Positions 23,246-36,011 of a stretch of 64,000 nt of DNA are shown here, in pieces; position 1 is the first letter of the stretch; each line of letters begins with the position of its first letter. The stretch covers positions 20,772,001-20,836,000 of the forward strand of contig CM059432.1 of the NCBI GenBank assembly GCA_030390025.1, in the 5' to 3' direction. A program made the position numbers and the translations under genes. The notes under the pieces were generated by a model that saw only the letters and a list, made by a program, of their open reading frames with translations, had not been told where the DNA came from and ran no database searches. The DNA is from Squalus acanthias (Eukaryota).

Positions 23246-25649
23246 GTAAAACCGTTTGAGAACTGAGATGCACGTTCCTTCATCTAAATTACAGTATTTA
23301 TCGGTGCCTCTGCAATCGAGCATTTGATTGAAATGAGATAAGACATTTATCACTGAATACATTTTGTTTCCAAACTTTCTGAGCTGAAAAAAATCCTGCT
23401 CATTTTGTGGCAAATATTTGACAGCAGTGAGTTGCTGAAAGAGAATCCAACTTCTTAGTGGCAGACTGCACAACCCCAATTGCTTTTCTGTGGGATCTGC
23501 AGTCTAACATCACCCCACACTTTTTCCTCTTTCAGTAATCTCCCTGCAATTCATTGTGTAGCTGTCTGTAGCGTTTCTTGGTTTTAAGCATTACTCTAAT
23601 ACAAAGTAATGAAAGGTGATGAAACTGGATTACATTGTTCATTTAATGTGTGTGTTTACACAGTTGTCAGCCAATCAGAACTTTTCTTTACAAAAGACCC
23701 ATGATGCAAGCAATAATGGATGCAGCTGTGCACTGTCTTAACAAGTTGATGATTGGCTGAGCAATCAAAGGATCAAATCACAAGATGAGCCAATCATTAT
23801 TCTTTTTATGTATCTTTAGGCGGCAAAGACAGTACACAAAAAATTCATTACTGCCTTCAAATTACACTGTAAAGATTTACTTTTTGCATTTCCATATTTA
23901 ATTTTCTTGTTTAGATTTTTTCAATCTTTTCATTACTTTTTATGGTTTTTCCCCCTTTCCCCCCAACCTTGTGGTTCAGTCAAATATGACATCACCGTAT
24001 CTTCCAGGTGTCCTCAATTGAGCTCAACTATTTCCATTCAACAACTGAGGGTAACTTATCTCAGCTGTTGCCATTCAAAGGATTGGTTGAACGATTAGAG
24101 TCTGTAGCGTGATAACTCTTCGTATTGATGCCAAAGTCTGGCGTCAAGCATAGAAAACTGATAGACCTCCAAAGACATCCTTTTCTGTTTGTGCCTTGAT
24201 CTCAGCCAGCAGGTCCTCCTCCTCTACAGGAATACCACTGACTGCAGGCTAATGAGCAGAGGGAAGGAGAGAGGGAAGGGGCCTGGAAGCAGAGCGCTTC
24301 ATTGGCCCTGCTGGTATAGCTCATTGTATGATGCCTTCATTTGTTCTTATGGGCTTGTAGTTAGCGAATGTAGCTTAGAAGCGCCGGGAAATTTAAAAAA
24401 AAAGTCCTGTATCTTATACTGCTCTGGTTCTTGACTAGGTGGTTGGAATGCCTGGTCGTCTTGGGGTGACTGTACCAAGTCGTGTGGGGGTGGATTGCAG
24501 ACCCGAAGCAGGACCTGCCATTCCCAGTTAGAGGAAGGGTTTGTTTGTGAAGGAGTTTCAGAAGAAGGAAGATTATGCAATAAGCAGCCTTGTAATAGTA
24601 AGTTTCAATTCTTTTATAGGAAAATAAACATTGTATAGTTTCGCCTCTTGATTTAGCTGTTCTCCCAGATTCTCCCTCTATTCTCCTTTCCAACCTTTAC
24701 TTTCTACCTGCGCACTTTCACACATACCCCTTGTCACTCCAGTGACAAAACCAAATCTCAATTTTTCTTTCCTGTTTTCACATCAATGCATATAGCACAG
24801 TCTATCAAGCCCAACACTAACTGTCCTCCCAACCCAATCTATTTCAGCTCAATACAGTACAACCAAGTATTTTTTCATTCAAAATCCAACACCTCCTCCT
24901 GTCTTCAGTCTGTCTCTGTTTCTAAGCTACTCTTATGGAACAGACCTACAGCTGACCCAGAAGAAGTTCCTAGGAAAATGGCCACCCTCCTGACTGCCCG
25001 AGAACTCATACCAGAAGCCCCATTAATAACTGAGAGAATAGTTCTAGTTGACTGTCTGTTAGCCTTCCTCGAAGCTGCAAGATGGTCACCTGTAGGGTCG
25101 TTCCACTAGGATGCAAGCTCTTTTCTGGCTTGGTTTGTCTGGACTGGCCACTGTCCAGATCTGACCTCAAGGGATGGAACTGTCCTCATTCTAACATTGT
25201 CTTCCTTTTTGTGTTGAGATTTGTCACCCTGTTTCTCATTTGTTCTTCACACTCATGGCTCACTCCCTTTATTCCACTCTTAAGCTCATCCCATATTTGA
25301 CTCATTCTTCTAAACATTACTGTTCTCATCTTACTTTTCTTGTAGCCTAAAAGTGAAAAGATATGTATAATCAAATTGTAGTAATTGCAATGTGCGTTGT
25401 ATTGCCGACTGATTTCTGTGATGTTTCAAATATGCTTAATATTGTTGATTTTAAAGCGGAGTCTTACTATCAATATCCCTGCTAATAATAATGTCAAAGA
25501 GTTATGTTTAATTTGCAAATATTTCATAGTAACTGAATAATAGCCTTATCCTGGACTGTTCCTTTTAAAATTGCTTATTTTCTCTTCTCCCTATTTCTTT
25601 CATACTATTTATAGAAAAATTGAAATTTTCAATGGTTTCGTGAGTTAAT

Positions 25650-25980
25650 ACATTCAGTAGCTGATCCATATAGATGAGGTTCGATCCCTTTGCGTGCTGA
25701 GATACCTGGTCTCGGCCGGGATGATTGCATCACCCCTTGGTCAGGGAGGGTTAATCAACCTATATCCAGTAACCCCTCTTGGAAATAGACCTGGTGGCTG
25801 TTGGATGAGGATTGGCTGTGATGCCTCCTCAGTAACATAGCCTTACGACATTCAACGTCCAGGCTCGCGCATGAACAGTTGCCACTTGCCCATCCGCCGG
25901 AGGGTGACCAATGTCTGTGGAGCCATCCCCAGCAAGGAATCAATGCTGTCGGAAGAGGAAAGGGGAGGAGGGGGCAAGGG
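25650..25980 (+). mobile_element. Family B ancient SINE-like copy
   Basis: atccagtaacccctcttggaaa...gaggattggctgtgatgcctcctc...aggctcgcgcatgaa...ccccagcaaggaatcaatgc parallels 49515-49725. Confidence 0.6.
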
Positions 25981-28900
25981 GAGAATATTGGCTGAGAAAA
26001 GTCATGAGGGGAAAAAAATGAATTTCTTGCGACATTTCCCCACTTTTGCAGAACTGTGAATACTATCGCAGTTTGATCCCACTGCCTCGGCTAACCACCC
26101 CTTGCGGTAATTTTCATGCAGTGAAGCTTTCTTTGCTCACCTTAGAGATGCTTAGTTTCTGATAAATCTCTCAAGTTGAAAAATATATTTAAAAACCTCA
26201 TCTGATGTGTAAGGAAATTCACTCCATATCTATTCATATTTTTTTTTAAATCACTTTCCAGGGAGGGAAGACAGTCTTGGAGAAAAAGAAATCATTCAGG
26301 GCTGCTTTTATGAACCTCTTAGTTGCCTGCATTTAAAGTAATATTGCCAGAGATTGGGTTTTGCTTCTTTCAATTCAGGCTGGAGGTAGGCCAGGGAAAG
26401 AAAGGAGAAAATGCAATAAAAAAAGATGGAATCTCATTCATGACAGCATCAGTAAAAGTAATCTTATAGTTAAGCCCATTTAAAAACAGATAGATCTCAT
26501 GAGATGTTTTCCAGTTGAGTTGAATTGGTGGGAAGATTATTGGGAGGCCAGCTGTGAACGATTACATTTTAAAGTGTAAAATTTGATGCATAAAAATAAT
26601 GGGAGCGATATGAGGAATATTCGATGACGAGGCCTTTATATAGTTTAATCATTCGTTAAACTTACTTTTTCCTCTGCCTGTTGAATTTCAAAATAAATTT
26701 GTTTAAATGAAGAGTGTTTATGACATCTTCATTCAATTGTCTGAGCATAACAGAGTATGAAGCTAAATTAACATAAGTAGATACAGTCGTACATTCAGCA
26801 TGCTTGAAAGATTGTGGTGTGTTCAGGAATCCATCTCCCTCACAAAATCAGACACACAAACTTTAAATAGGAAGTAGCTTCTACTAAATTGGCACATAAT
26901 CCCAATGTTATAAAGGAAGATGTCTGTACATCATTGGATATGAAACTTTCACAAAAGATACCAATATTTGATTGAGTAAGCCAGTTGCTTGTCTTATTGC
27001 ATCACCTACTCGGGGATCATTTAGGGAAGCAAGTATCATAGATTCATAGAATGGTTACAGCACAGTAGGAGTCCATTTGGCCCGTCGAGCCCGTGCCGGC
27101 TCTCTGCAAGAGCACTTCAGCTGGTCCCACTCCCCCACCAGTGAGTACAGGCTCACTGTTTCCTATCTTCACCAAAAATGGCCGTCTCTTTAACTCGTGT
27201 GTTATCTTCAACATTGGGAAGATCAAATGAGTAACTGTCAAGAGAAAATAGTCCCTGGGGTTACTTCCCAATCTCTCTGCCAAAGGTTACCAGTCCTCTT
27301 CAGTTACAAACGTTCAGCTCCTTGGTTTCGTTTTAACCTGCTTCCAGCCACGTGAGGCCAATTGTAAGACACATCTTCCCTTGCAATAATCGTGTCCCTC
27401 CGACGTCATCAGCACCAAACAATTTCCCAAATCAACTGAAAGACAGAAAAAAAACTTAAAACTAACCAAACTGCTTTGTAACTGACTGATGTTTGTTTTA
27501 ACCAAGGGATCTTGATGGTGAGACTTTGGCGTTCAAGTCACCCTGTGCAATATTAGTATTGGATGTATAAGCGCATTCATATGAAATTCCTTTATCTGCT
27601 ATTTTAACAAAAGTGTTAACCTGGTTAAACAAATTAATGCCTCCATCAAAATACCAGACTGCAGAATGTTGTGCAGGTGTGTTAGGTTTACCACACAGCA
27701 TGATTTCAATTCCTCCTCGTGTTCACCCAGTAAATGTTTTGTGCTATATATAGTTGGGGGGAAGGAGCTTTGATTGCAGAACAGGGAGCTTTCTCAAAAC
27801 ACAATATGGGAAAGAATATGCTTTGTGAAATTTTAATTTTAATGTGTGGCAAAACTGTGCCAATCAACTGTGAGTGAATTGTTGTAATGTGTTCCCCCAG
27901 GTCAATAAAGTCCTGCATGAACACATCACAGGAGAAACAAACATTCCTATCCCACCCCAGAAGATCTTCTACACATTTATAGGAGGGGGAAATAATTATC
28001 ATGCTCATGATAGCAAATGTAAAAGTGAGCCTGCTTCACTACAAATTATCCCATTTGCATCTCTGCACCAAGATCAAATTCCCATTGCATCAACATAATT
28101 TTTTACTTGAGAAGAAATGCATACAGCTGCCTCTTTCATCCTCCCAGCTCAACAAGGTGCATCAAGATGTCATTCCTCCGCTCTCTTATTTAATTGATAA
28201 AAGCAGCCCCATGGCTTGATGTGCCCCTCTTCCATCTCCGATATCTATTTGAATAACAGTCTCCGTCAAAGCCAAGGGTATTTCACACTCATCTTATCTG
28301 TGCACAGACCTAACAGCCTGTTTGCAGGGGAAATCAGCTTGATGGGCCTTGTTAGTCCCTCCATTCTACCCAAATCCTGCTGACCAGCCTCTTCCATGAG
28401 TCTAATCAATCGTCGGCCAGCATCAAGGGAGGAGGGAATTCTCAATCAGAGACGCATTCAATTTTGTGCCTGTGGCAGGTGCAAATCCTGTTTATCCATT
28501 GGCTGATAGTAATGTGCAAGGAAGGAGAGAATTGAGCACTAAATTGCTGTCTGGCTCGTGCAGACTATCATGGGATTTGGCCTCCGCTTTACAGTTCCTT
28601 AGATTCCTGGGGGAAAACACTTCAAAATGCGAACACAATTTATATACTTATTTTAGTTGAGTAGAACTTTGTTTTTCTTTCCCTTTGAGCTAACAACATT
28701 ACATCCTGATCTTTAAGACCTCAATATTTCTCTTTCTGCAGGCATAGCCATATGAAATATAACTGTAGCGCCATTGGCACATACCAGTTATCAAACAATA
28801 TTCCTTATACTGATTGTTTAAAAAAAAGAATCATTTTAATACTTAAAATGTTTTTGAAGACCCTTACAATTCAATTGTACTAGGCTATTTAAAATCCTTA

Positions 28901-29095
28901 GTCTGCATCAGAACTGCTAAATAATTGTGTTGTTCTACCCTTCCTAAAAGTCATGTGACTATAGCCTAAACATTACTGTTGGCAATAACACCAGATGAAT
29001 ACTTGATGTAATCATATGACATGGTTTTCCCCAATTTAATGCAGGTGTTAACCTTTAACTGTCATACAAACAGGCTGAATGTTTGTGTACTGAGT

Positions 29096-29382
29096 GTCAA
29101 CCTTGGCTGAGTGGTAGCACTCTCGCCTCTATGTAGGAAGGTTGAGGGTTCATAGCCCCACCTCAGACATTTGCCAAGATAATCTGGGCTGACACGTGGT
29201 GCAGTACTGAGGGAGTGCTGCACTGTTGCAGGTACTATCTTATCGATGAGACGTTAAATCAAGATCCCATTTGCCCTCCCAGTTGGATGTTAAAGATCGC
29301 ATGGCCCTATTCAAAGATGAGCAGAGAAGGTTTTTTTTTCGATTTCCTGGTCAACATTTATCCCTCAGTCAATACCACTAAA
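29096..29382 (+). mobile_element. Deu-domain SINE, 3'-truncated by the adjacent LINE
   Basis: gtcaaccttggctgagtggtagcactctcgcctct ... cagtactgagggagtgctgcactgt ... gatgagacgttaaa. Confidence 0.85.
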
Positions 29383-31866
29383 GCTCCCCCTACTCTACCC
29401 CCAGCAATGTGTCGGGACTCTGATATGTGGGAGTTTGTGGACAGTGAGACTGTCCCGGATTGCCACATCGGCAGAAAATGTCTCCACCTTGAGACACTCC
29501 AGCTCCGAGTCCTTGAGCTGGAGTGTGAGTGAAAGGCACTCCGACACACAAGGGAGGAGGAAGAATTTCTGGATTGTTTTCTCCAGGGTAAAGACACAGC
29601 TCAGAGGAAAGTACAGGTGCCGGAAGAGGAGAGTGTGACTGTCAGTCAGCAGGGTAGGGGGAACGGAGGGGAGATAGAGGAGGAGGTCCCACAGACAATG
29701 ATCCTATTCAACTTGTAGGCTAACTTTAATGAGATGAGACGGAGATTAATGACAGCAAACTGGTCAGAATTTTTATCGGGTAAAAGTAAAGATGAACAGT
29801 GGGAGGTGTTCAAAAAGAATTTAGCTTAATACAAGACCAGTATATAACCCTAAGGGACAAGAGCTCTACTTACCAAATAAAACAGCAATGGTTGACAAAA
29901 GAGGTGAGAGATAATATAAAACTGAAGGAAAGAGCATACGAAAGTGCAAAGAATAGTGTAGCTCCAGAGGACTGGGATAGATATGAAGAACAGCAAAGGA
30001 AGACAAAAAAGTAAGAACTGCAAAAAGGGAATACGAAAAGAAACTTGCGAGGGATATCAAGATTAACATAAGTTTTTACAATTATATTACAAAAAGGGTA
30101 GTCAAGCGTAATATGGACCCTTTAAAAACAGATGGGGGTAATATTGCAAATGAAAATAAGGAAATGGCAGACTTGTTGATTAATTACTTTGTGTCAGTCT
30201 TCACAGAAGAGGAAGAGGATAATATACCTGACATTCCAGGGAAACTAATAATGAATCGAGGACCGGAACTCACTAAAGTTAATGTAAGCAAGAAAACAGT
30301 ATTAAAAAAAATTAATGGCATTAAAGACAACAAATTCCCAAGACCTGATGGTTTCCACCCCAGGGTTTTAAAGAAAGTAGATGAAGAAATTTCAGATGCT
30401 TTAGCCATAATCTTCCAAAGCGCTCTCGATTCAGGAATTGTCCCTCTCGATTGGAAAATTGCAAATGTAACTCCAATATTGAAAAAAAACGTGAGAGATA
30501 GAGAAACCAGGAATTTATAGCCCTGTTAGTCTAACATCTGTTGTGGGGAAGTTATTGGAATCTATAATTAAGGACAGAGTGACTGAGCACTTAGAGAAAT
30601 TTGAGCTCTTTAGAGAGCGCCAACATGGATATGTAAAGTGTAGGTCATGTCTAACAAGCCTAATTGAAATTTTTGAGGCAGTAACTAAAATAGTAGACAG
30701 GAGAATGGCGATGGATGTAGTTTATAAGGACTTCCAGAAGGCATTCAATAAGGTTTCACGTAAGAGACTGTTAGCTAAAATTCAAGCTCATAGAATTGAA
30801 GGCAAATTATTGACCAGTTTAGGAGATTGGCTAGGTGGTAGAAGACAGAGAGCAGGGATAATGGGTATCTACTCGAATTGGAAGGAAGTGACTAGTGTTG
30901 TCCCACAAGGATCTGTGCTGGGGCCTCAGCTATTTACTATATTTATTAATGACTTGGATAACACAATACAGAGCCATATTTCCAAGTTTGATGACGACAA
31001 AGATTGATGGTATAGTAAGTGGTGTAGACGGGAGCATAAAAATACAAAAAGACATTGATGGATTAAATGAGTAGGCAAAACTGTGGCAGGTGAATTTCAA
31101 CACAGATAAAGGTGAAGTTATCCATTTTGGACCAAAAAAAATACATCCAAGTATTTTTTAAATGGTGAAAAGCTAGGAACAGTGGAGGTCCAAAGAGATT
31201 TAGGGGTCTATGTACACAGATCACTAAAATGTAGTAGTCAGGTACGAAAAATAATCAAAACGGCTAATAGAATGTTAGCCTTTGTAACTAGAGGGGGAAA
31301 TGTTTTGCTATTAGCTAGACCACATCTGGAGTACTGTGTAGAGTTCTAGGCACTGCACCTTAGAAAGGATATATTGGCCTTGGAAGGAGTGCAGCGCAGA
31401 CTCACCAGAATGTTACCAGGGCTCAAAGGGTTAGATTATGAGAAGAGATTACATAAACTAGGCTTGTATTCCCTGGAATATAGAAGGTTAAAGGGTGATT
31501 TGATTGAGGTTTTAGGATTTTGAAAGGAATTGTGAGGGTAGATAGAAACTTTTTCCACTGGTGGGGGAGTTAAGGATAAGGGGACATAACCTTAAAATCA
31601 GAGCCAGGCCATTCAGGAGAGAAGTTGGGAAACACTTCTTCATGCAATGGGTGGTAGAAGTGCGGAGTTCTCACCCACAAAAAGCAGTAGATGCTACCTC
31701 AATTAATAATTTTAAATCGGAGATCGATAGATTTTTTTCCAGCCAAGGGTAAGGGATATAGAGCCAAGGCGGGTGGATGGAGTTAAGATACAGATCAACC
31801 ATGATCTCATTTAATGGTGGAACAGGCTCGAGGGGTTAAATGACCTACTCCTGTTCCGAAGTTCTT
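29383..31866 (+). mobile_element. CR1 LINE, internally deleted: ORF1 N-terminal remnant joined to a disrupted ORF2 (RT) and 3' tail
   Basis: CRDSDMWEF...CHIGRKCLHLETLQLRVLELE (CR1 ORF1 zinc-binding/coiled coil). ORFs 30113..30520 and 30543..31007 carry DGFHPRVLK, DFQKAFNKV, VPQGSVLGPQLF and SKFDDDK. Multiple frameshifts. Confidence 0.9.
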
Positions 31867-32453
31867 AATTACTCCCTTCCCGATTGTAGAGGGCACTGCC
31901 CATTACTCCCCAGTATGATGTTTCATTTTGCCACACCAGCCATCTGCATGGCTTCTGAGTGACATTGTCAATTTAGTTCCAGCTAGTGCTAAATATTGGG
32001 TAATTTCCTGCTGAAATTCCATGTCTAAGTACTGGATTGAAGCAACTTAAACTGATTTTACATGGCACCCTCTGTAGCTATTAGATATATGAGACAAACC
32101 GATGATGACACCCAGCCTCTTATATTATAAGCTTAAAAGTTTGCTTTGCACCAACGTTTTTAGATCATAATAGTGTTCTATTCATAAAATATAATCAGTT
32201 AGTAATAGTGCTGAGCAGTTTTTGACTTCAAGTTTGATAAAATAAATAAATAATGAAGTAGGTGATACCAAGCTAAGTTTTAAAAGCCTGAAGGCTGTAG
32301 GAGGAAAGAAACACTCTAAGAGGCAAGGATTCTCACAGGATAGAGTTCCTGGGAAAGAATAAGTAGAGTAGGAGCTTGTGCATCAATTAAGGTTTCACCC
32401 ACCTTCTTATTGATGTTAGCCCACAACAAAACACAGCACAATAGCAAAATAAT

Positions 32454-32914
32454 GCAGGAATGACGTATGAAGAGAGATTGGGACGATTGGGCTTGTATTC
32501 GCTAGAGTTTAGAAGAATGAGAGGGGATCTCATTGAAACTTATAAAATTCTAACAGGACTTGACAGACTAGATGCAGGAAGGATGTTCCCGATGGCGGGG
32601 GAGTCCAGAACCAGGGGTCACAGTCTAAGGATAAGGGGTAAGCCATTTAGGACTGAGATGAGGAGGAATTTCTTCACCCAGAGAGTGGTGAACCTGTGGA
32701 ATTCTCTACCACAGAAGGCAGTTGAGGCCAATTCATTAAATATATTCAAGAAGGAGTTAGATATATTTCTTAAGGCTAAAGGAATCAAGGGATATGGGGA
32801 GAAAGCCGGGACAGGGTACTGAATTTGGATGATCAGCCATGATCTCATTAAATGGCGGAGAAGGCTCGAGGGGCCGAATGGCCTACTCCTGCTCCTATCT
32901 TCTATGTTTCTATG
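32454..32914 (+). mobile_element. HER1/CR1 LINE 3' fragment nested in the Penelope terminus
   Basis: ORF 32460..32822 is an uninterrupted CR1 ORF2 C-terminus with tail tctatgtttctatg. It splits agcaaaataatgc|ggatgctggaaatctg, with atgc on both sides. Confidence 0.92.
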
Positions 32915-32995
32915 CGGATGCTGGAAATCTGAAATAACAACAGAAAATGCTGGAAACACTCAGCAGGTCAGGTAACATCGTAAAGATAGAAACAG

Positions 32996-33032
32996 AGTTA
33001 ACGTTTCAGGTTGATGACCCTTCTTCAGAACT
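32996..33032 (-). ncRNA. Minimal type I hammerhead ribozyme motif (Penelope-associated), intact core
   Basis: Minus strand: AGTT-CTGAAGA-AGGGTCATCAACCT-GAAAC-GT-T-AACT. This gives stem I (AGTT/AACT), CUGANGA, stem II (AGG/CCT), GAAA and a loopless palindromic stem III. Confidence 0.75.
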
Positions 33033-33724
33033 GGAAAAGGTTAGAGAAGTAACAGATTTTTAAGCAAGTGTGGGGCAGTGACAGGGAGGAGGGGAGGAAA
33101 GAACAAAGGGAAGGTCTGTGATAGGCTGAAGGCAGGAGAGATTAAAAGACAAAAGGGATGATGGTGCAAGGCAAAAGGAGATGGTAATGGGACAAGTTAA
33201 GAAACAAAAGATGACTCCAGATGAGGTGTAAATGGCAATGGCACAATCATCAACAGCTGCCATGTGAAAAAAAATTATAGGGGCCGAGGTTATAGGCTGA
33301 AATTGTTGAGCTTCGTTGGAACCGTCCGTCCTCGGCCTCTTGCACTGTTCCAACGAAGCTCAACGTAAGCTCGAGGAACAGCACCTCATCTTTCGATGAG
33401 GCACTTTAAAGCCTTCTGGACTCAACATCGAGTTCAACAATTTCAGACCATAACCTCGGCCCCTATATTTTTTTTTCCCCTTTATTTTTCACATGGCAGC
33501 TGTTGATGATTCTGCCGTCGCCATTTACACCTCATCCAGAGTCATCTTTTGTTTCTTAACTTGTCCCATTACCATCTCCTTTTGCCTTGCACATTCATCC
33601 CTTTGGTCTTTTAATCTCTCCTGCCTTCCAGCCTATCACAGACCTTCCCTTTGTTCTTTCCTCCCCTCCCCCCTGTCACTGCTCCACACTTGCTTAAAAA
33701 TCTGTTACTTCTCTAACCTTTTCC

Positions 33725-33761
33725 AGTTCTGACGAAGGGTCATCGACCTCAAACGTTAACT
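33725..33761 (+). ncRNA. Minimal hammerhead ribozyme motif, core mutated (G12 to C at 33750)
   Basis: AGTT-CTGACGA-AGGGTCATCGACCT-CAAAC-GT-T-AACT. Confidence 0.65.
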
Positions 33762-36011
33762 TTGTTTCTCTCCCTATGATGCTACCTGACCTGCTGAGTG
33801 TTTCCAGCATTTTCTGTTGTTATTACAAAACACGGCATGTTTTGTTGACATGATTATGTTCTGCTTTGCTTGCCGCGATGAAATCAGGGCTTGTTAGTGG
33901 GTAATGAACCACCATTTTTTCTTATTGAGAACCCAAGGTGAAGAGGCAAGATTCATAGTGCAGGATAATACTGAGCTTGAAAAGAGCAAAAGAAATGTCA
34001 AACTAAATCAGGAAGCCGTGAATAGGTAATACCAAACTAGGGCTTTAAAGTGCTGAAGGCTATATGGGAAAGTAAGACTGAGGGGGTTAAAAGGCTCTGT
34101 TTTGAGGTTCTGGGAATTAATACATTCGGGTGGGAAAGTGTACAGTCTTTTTTTTCCAAAACAGTGTGGAGTAGGAAGGAGGAGAACATATAGGATGGCA
34201 TATGTTGAGCTTAGATGAAGAAAGTTAGGAGAATAGTATTGGTAAAATAGAGAAGAAAAATTGCAATAGGAAGAGACAGGGGTTGGAGGCCAGAGACATC
34301 AGAGGGATCACCCGTAAGAGAAGCATTTTCTTATACCTTGTCCGGCATATATGTGATCTGTGAAACAGCTAGCATATAGTCTTAACAGAACACGTCCTCT
34401 TCCTCTGCATGTCCCAGCAGTATCCATTGGGCCTGAGTATGGCACCAATTCTCAAGTTAAAAAGCAAAATACTGCAGATACTGGAAGCCTGAACTAGGCC
34501 TCAATGCTAGCTGCCCCACAATCTGAACAATTGGCTCAAACCAGAATTGGGCTTCGCATAGTTGCGATCAATTCTGGAAGTTAACTGCACTTTCTTCTTT
34601 TCAGACACGTAAGCCTTCAGTCGCCAGAAGTCTTGCCATAAAGACAAGGGTCCAATTGTCCTTGGTAAAGAAGATTTTTTTTTCAATTTAAGGAAACACA
34701 GAGCAGCTTCACATTTAATTTTTGGAGACGGTTTTGAAATCAGTGTTAGCCAGGGTAAAATATTTATTTTTAAATGCTGTGGCCTTAAATTGGGGAGAAG
34801 GCCTGCCCTAATCCATCAATTCTTCTGCTTTAAGTGATTTGCAATGTAAAACTGTAATCCTTAATATGCTTAAAATGAAAGCAAAGGTTATTTACACAAG
34901 CCATTGCCTTGCCATAGCATATGGACGCTATAATTCCAGAAGCCAATCACTGAGGTCAATAGACTACAGAAAACACCAAGATGTTGACGGTTTCTATCGC
35001 TATGGATACTCCTTATCTCAAACAGGTAAGTGGAGAAATGCAAAGTCCTTGTTCGATACTAACTCTTTCTCCAGCCCATTGTGTGTCTGCCAAAGCTTTC
35101 ACTATGAAACAATGCTCAGATTTTCATGAAATTATGTTTCTCTATCGCCTCTAAACCTGCATGATTTTTTTTTGTTTTCCATTTCCCTCAACGAATCTTG
35201 GTTGCAGTAAGTGTGGGACCGTTTATCCAGCTTGATTTCTAAGTGTTTTTTTTTACTCTCAAACTTTCAGTTTAAGATACAATGGGGTCCCTTCTTCAGG
35301 TATGAAATGAAAGGGGGAAGGGAATAACAAAAGCCTTAATATTTCATTGCAGGCCTCCTGTTCGACCAACAATTGCCTTAATGATGATCTGGGGATAATT
35401 AATGAGTTGGGCTTTAGTTGAAAACTGGATTTTTAGTCATAATTTTCATTGGTAAATTATAAATGGTTAGCTAGAAAGTCAGTGGTGTTTCTACTTCAAA
35501 TAAATTTTGATTAGAATTCCACCCCATGTAAAAAAAAAAGTCTCATGTACATACTGCACATAATGTCAGCAGATTAACAACTAAGTTACTATACTAAATA
35601 CACATGAAAGGGCTTAAGACTTTCAATCCTACAGAATGTACTGTAACTATGAGGTTAGACTGTAAATTCATAAACAGTGCAAGATTTTGGATCTTTTTGA
35701 TGTTTCATCCAATCCAAATTTCAGAATCCATTTATATAGCACCTTTAATGTCCCAAGGTACTTCAGAAGGGGGGTTGGAAATCAAGGTGTCAACCATGGC
35801 TCTGTGGTAACACTCTCGCCTCTGAGTCAGAAGGCTGTAGATTCAAGTCTCACGCCAGAGAAGTGAGCACAAAATCTAGGCTGGTACTCCAGTACAGTGC
35901 TGAGGGAATGCTGCACTGTCAGAGGTGCTGTCTTTCGGATGAGATGTTAAACCAAGGCTCCACCCACCTTCTCCGGTGGACTTAAAAGATCCCATGGTGT
36001 TATTTTAAGAA

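Larger units (their letters stand above)
32439..33824 (+). mobile_element. Penelope-like retroelement insertion: inverted pseudo-LTR pair around the GIY-YIG endonuclease C-terminus
   Basis: Arms approx. 32933-33310 and 33433-33824 are reverse complements. 33325-33453 translates SVLGLLHCSNEAQRKLEEQHLIFR*GTLKPSGLNIEFNNFRP*. 13-bp TSD acaaaacac(a/g)gca at 32426-32438 and 33825-33837. Confidence 0.88.
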
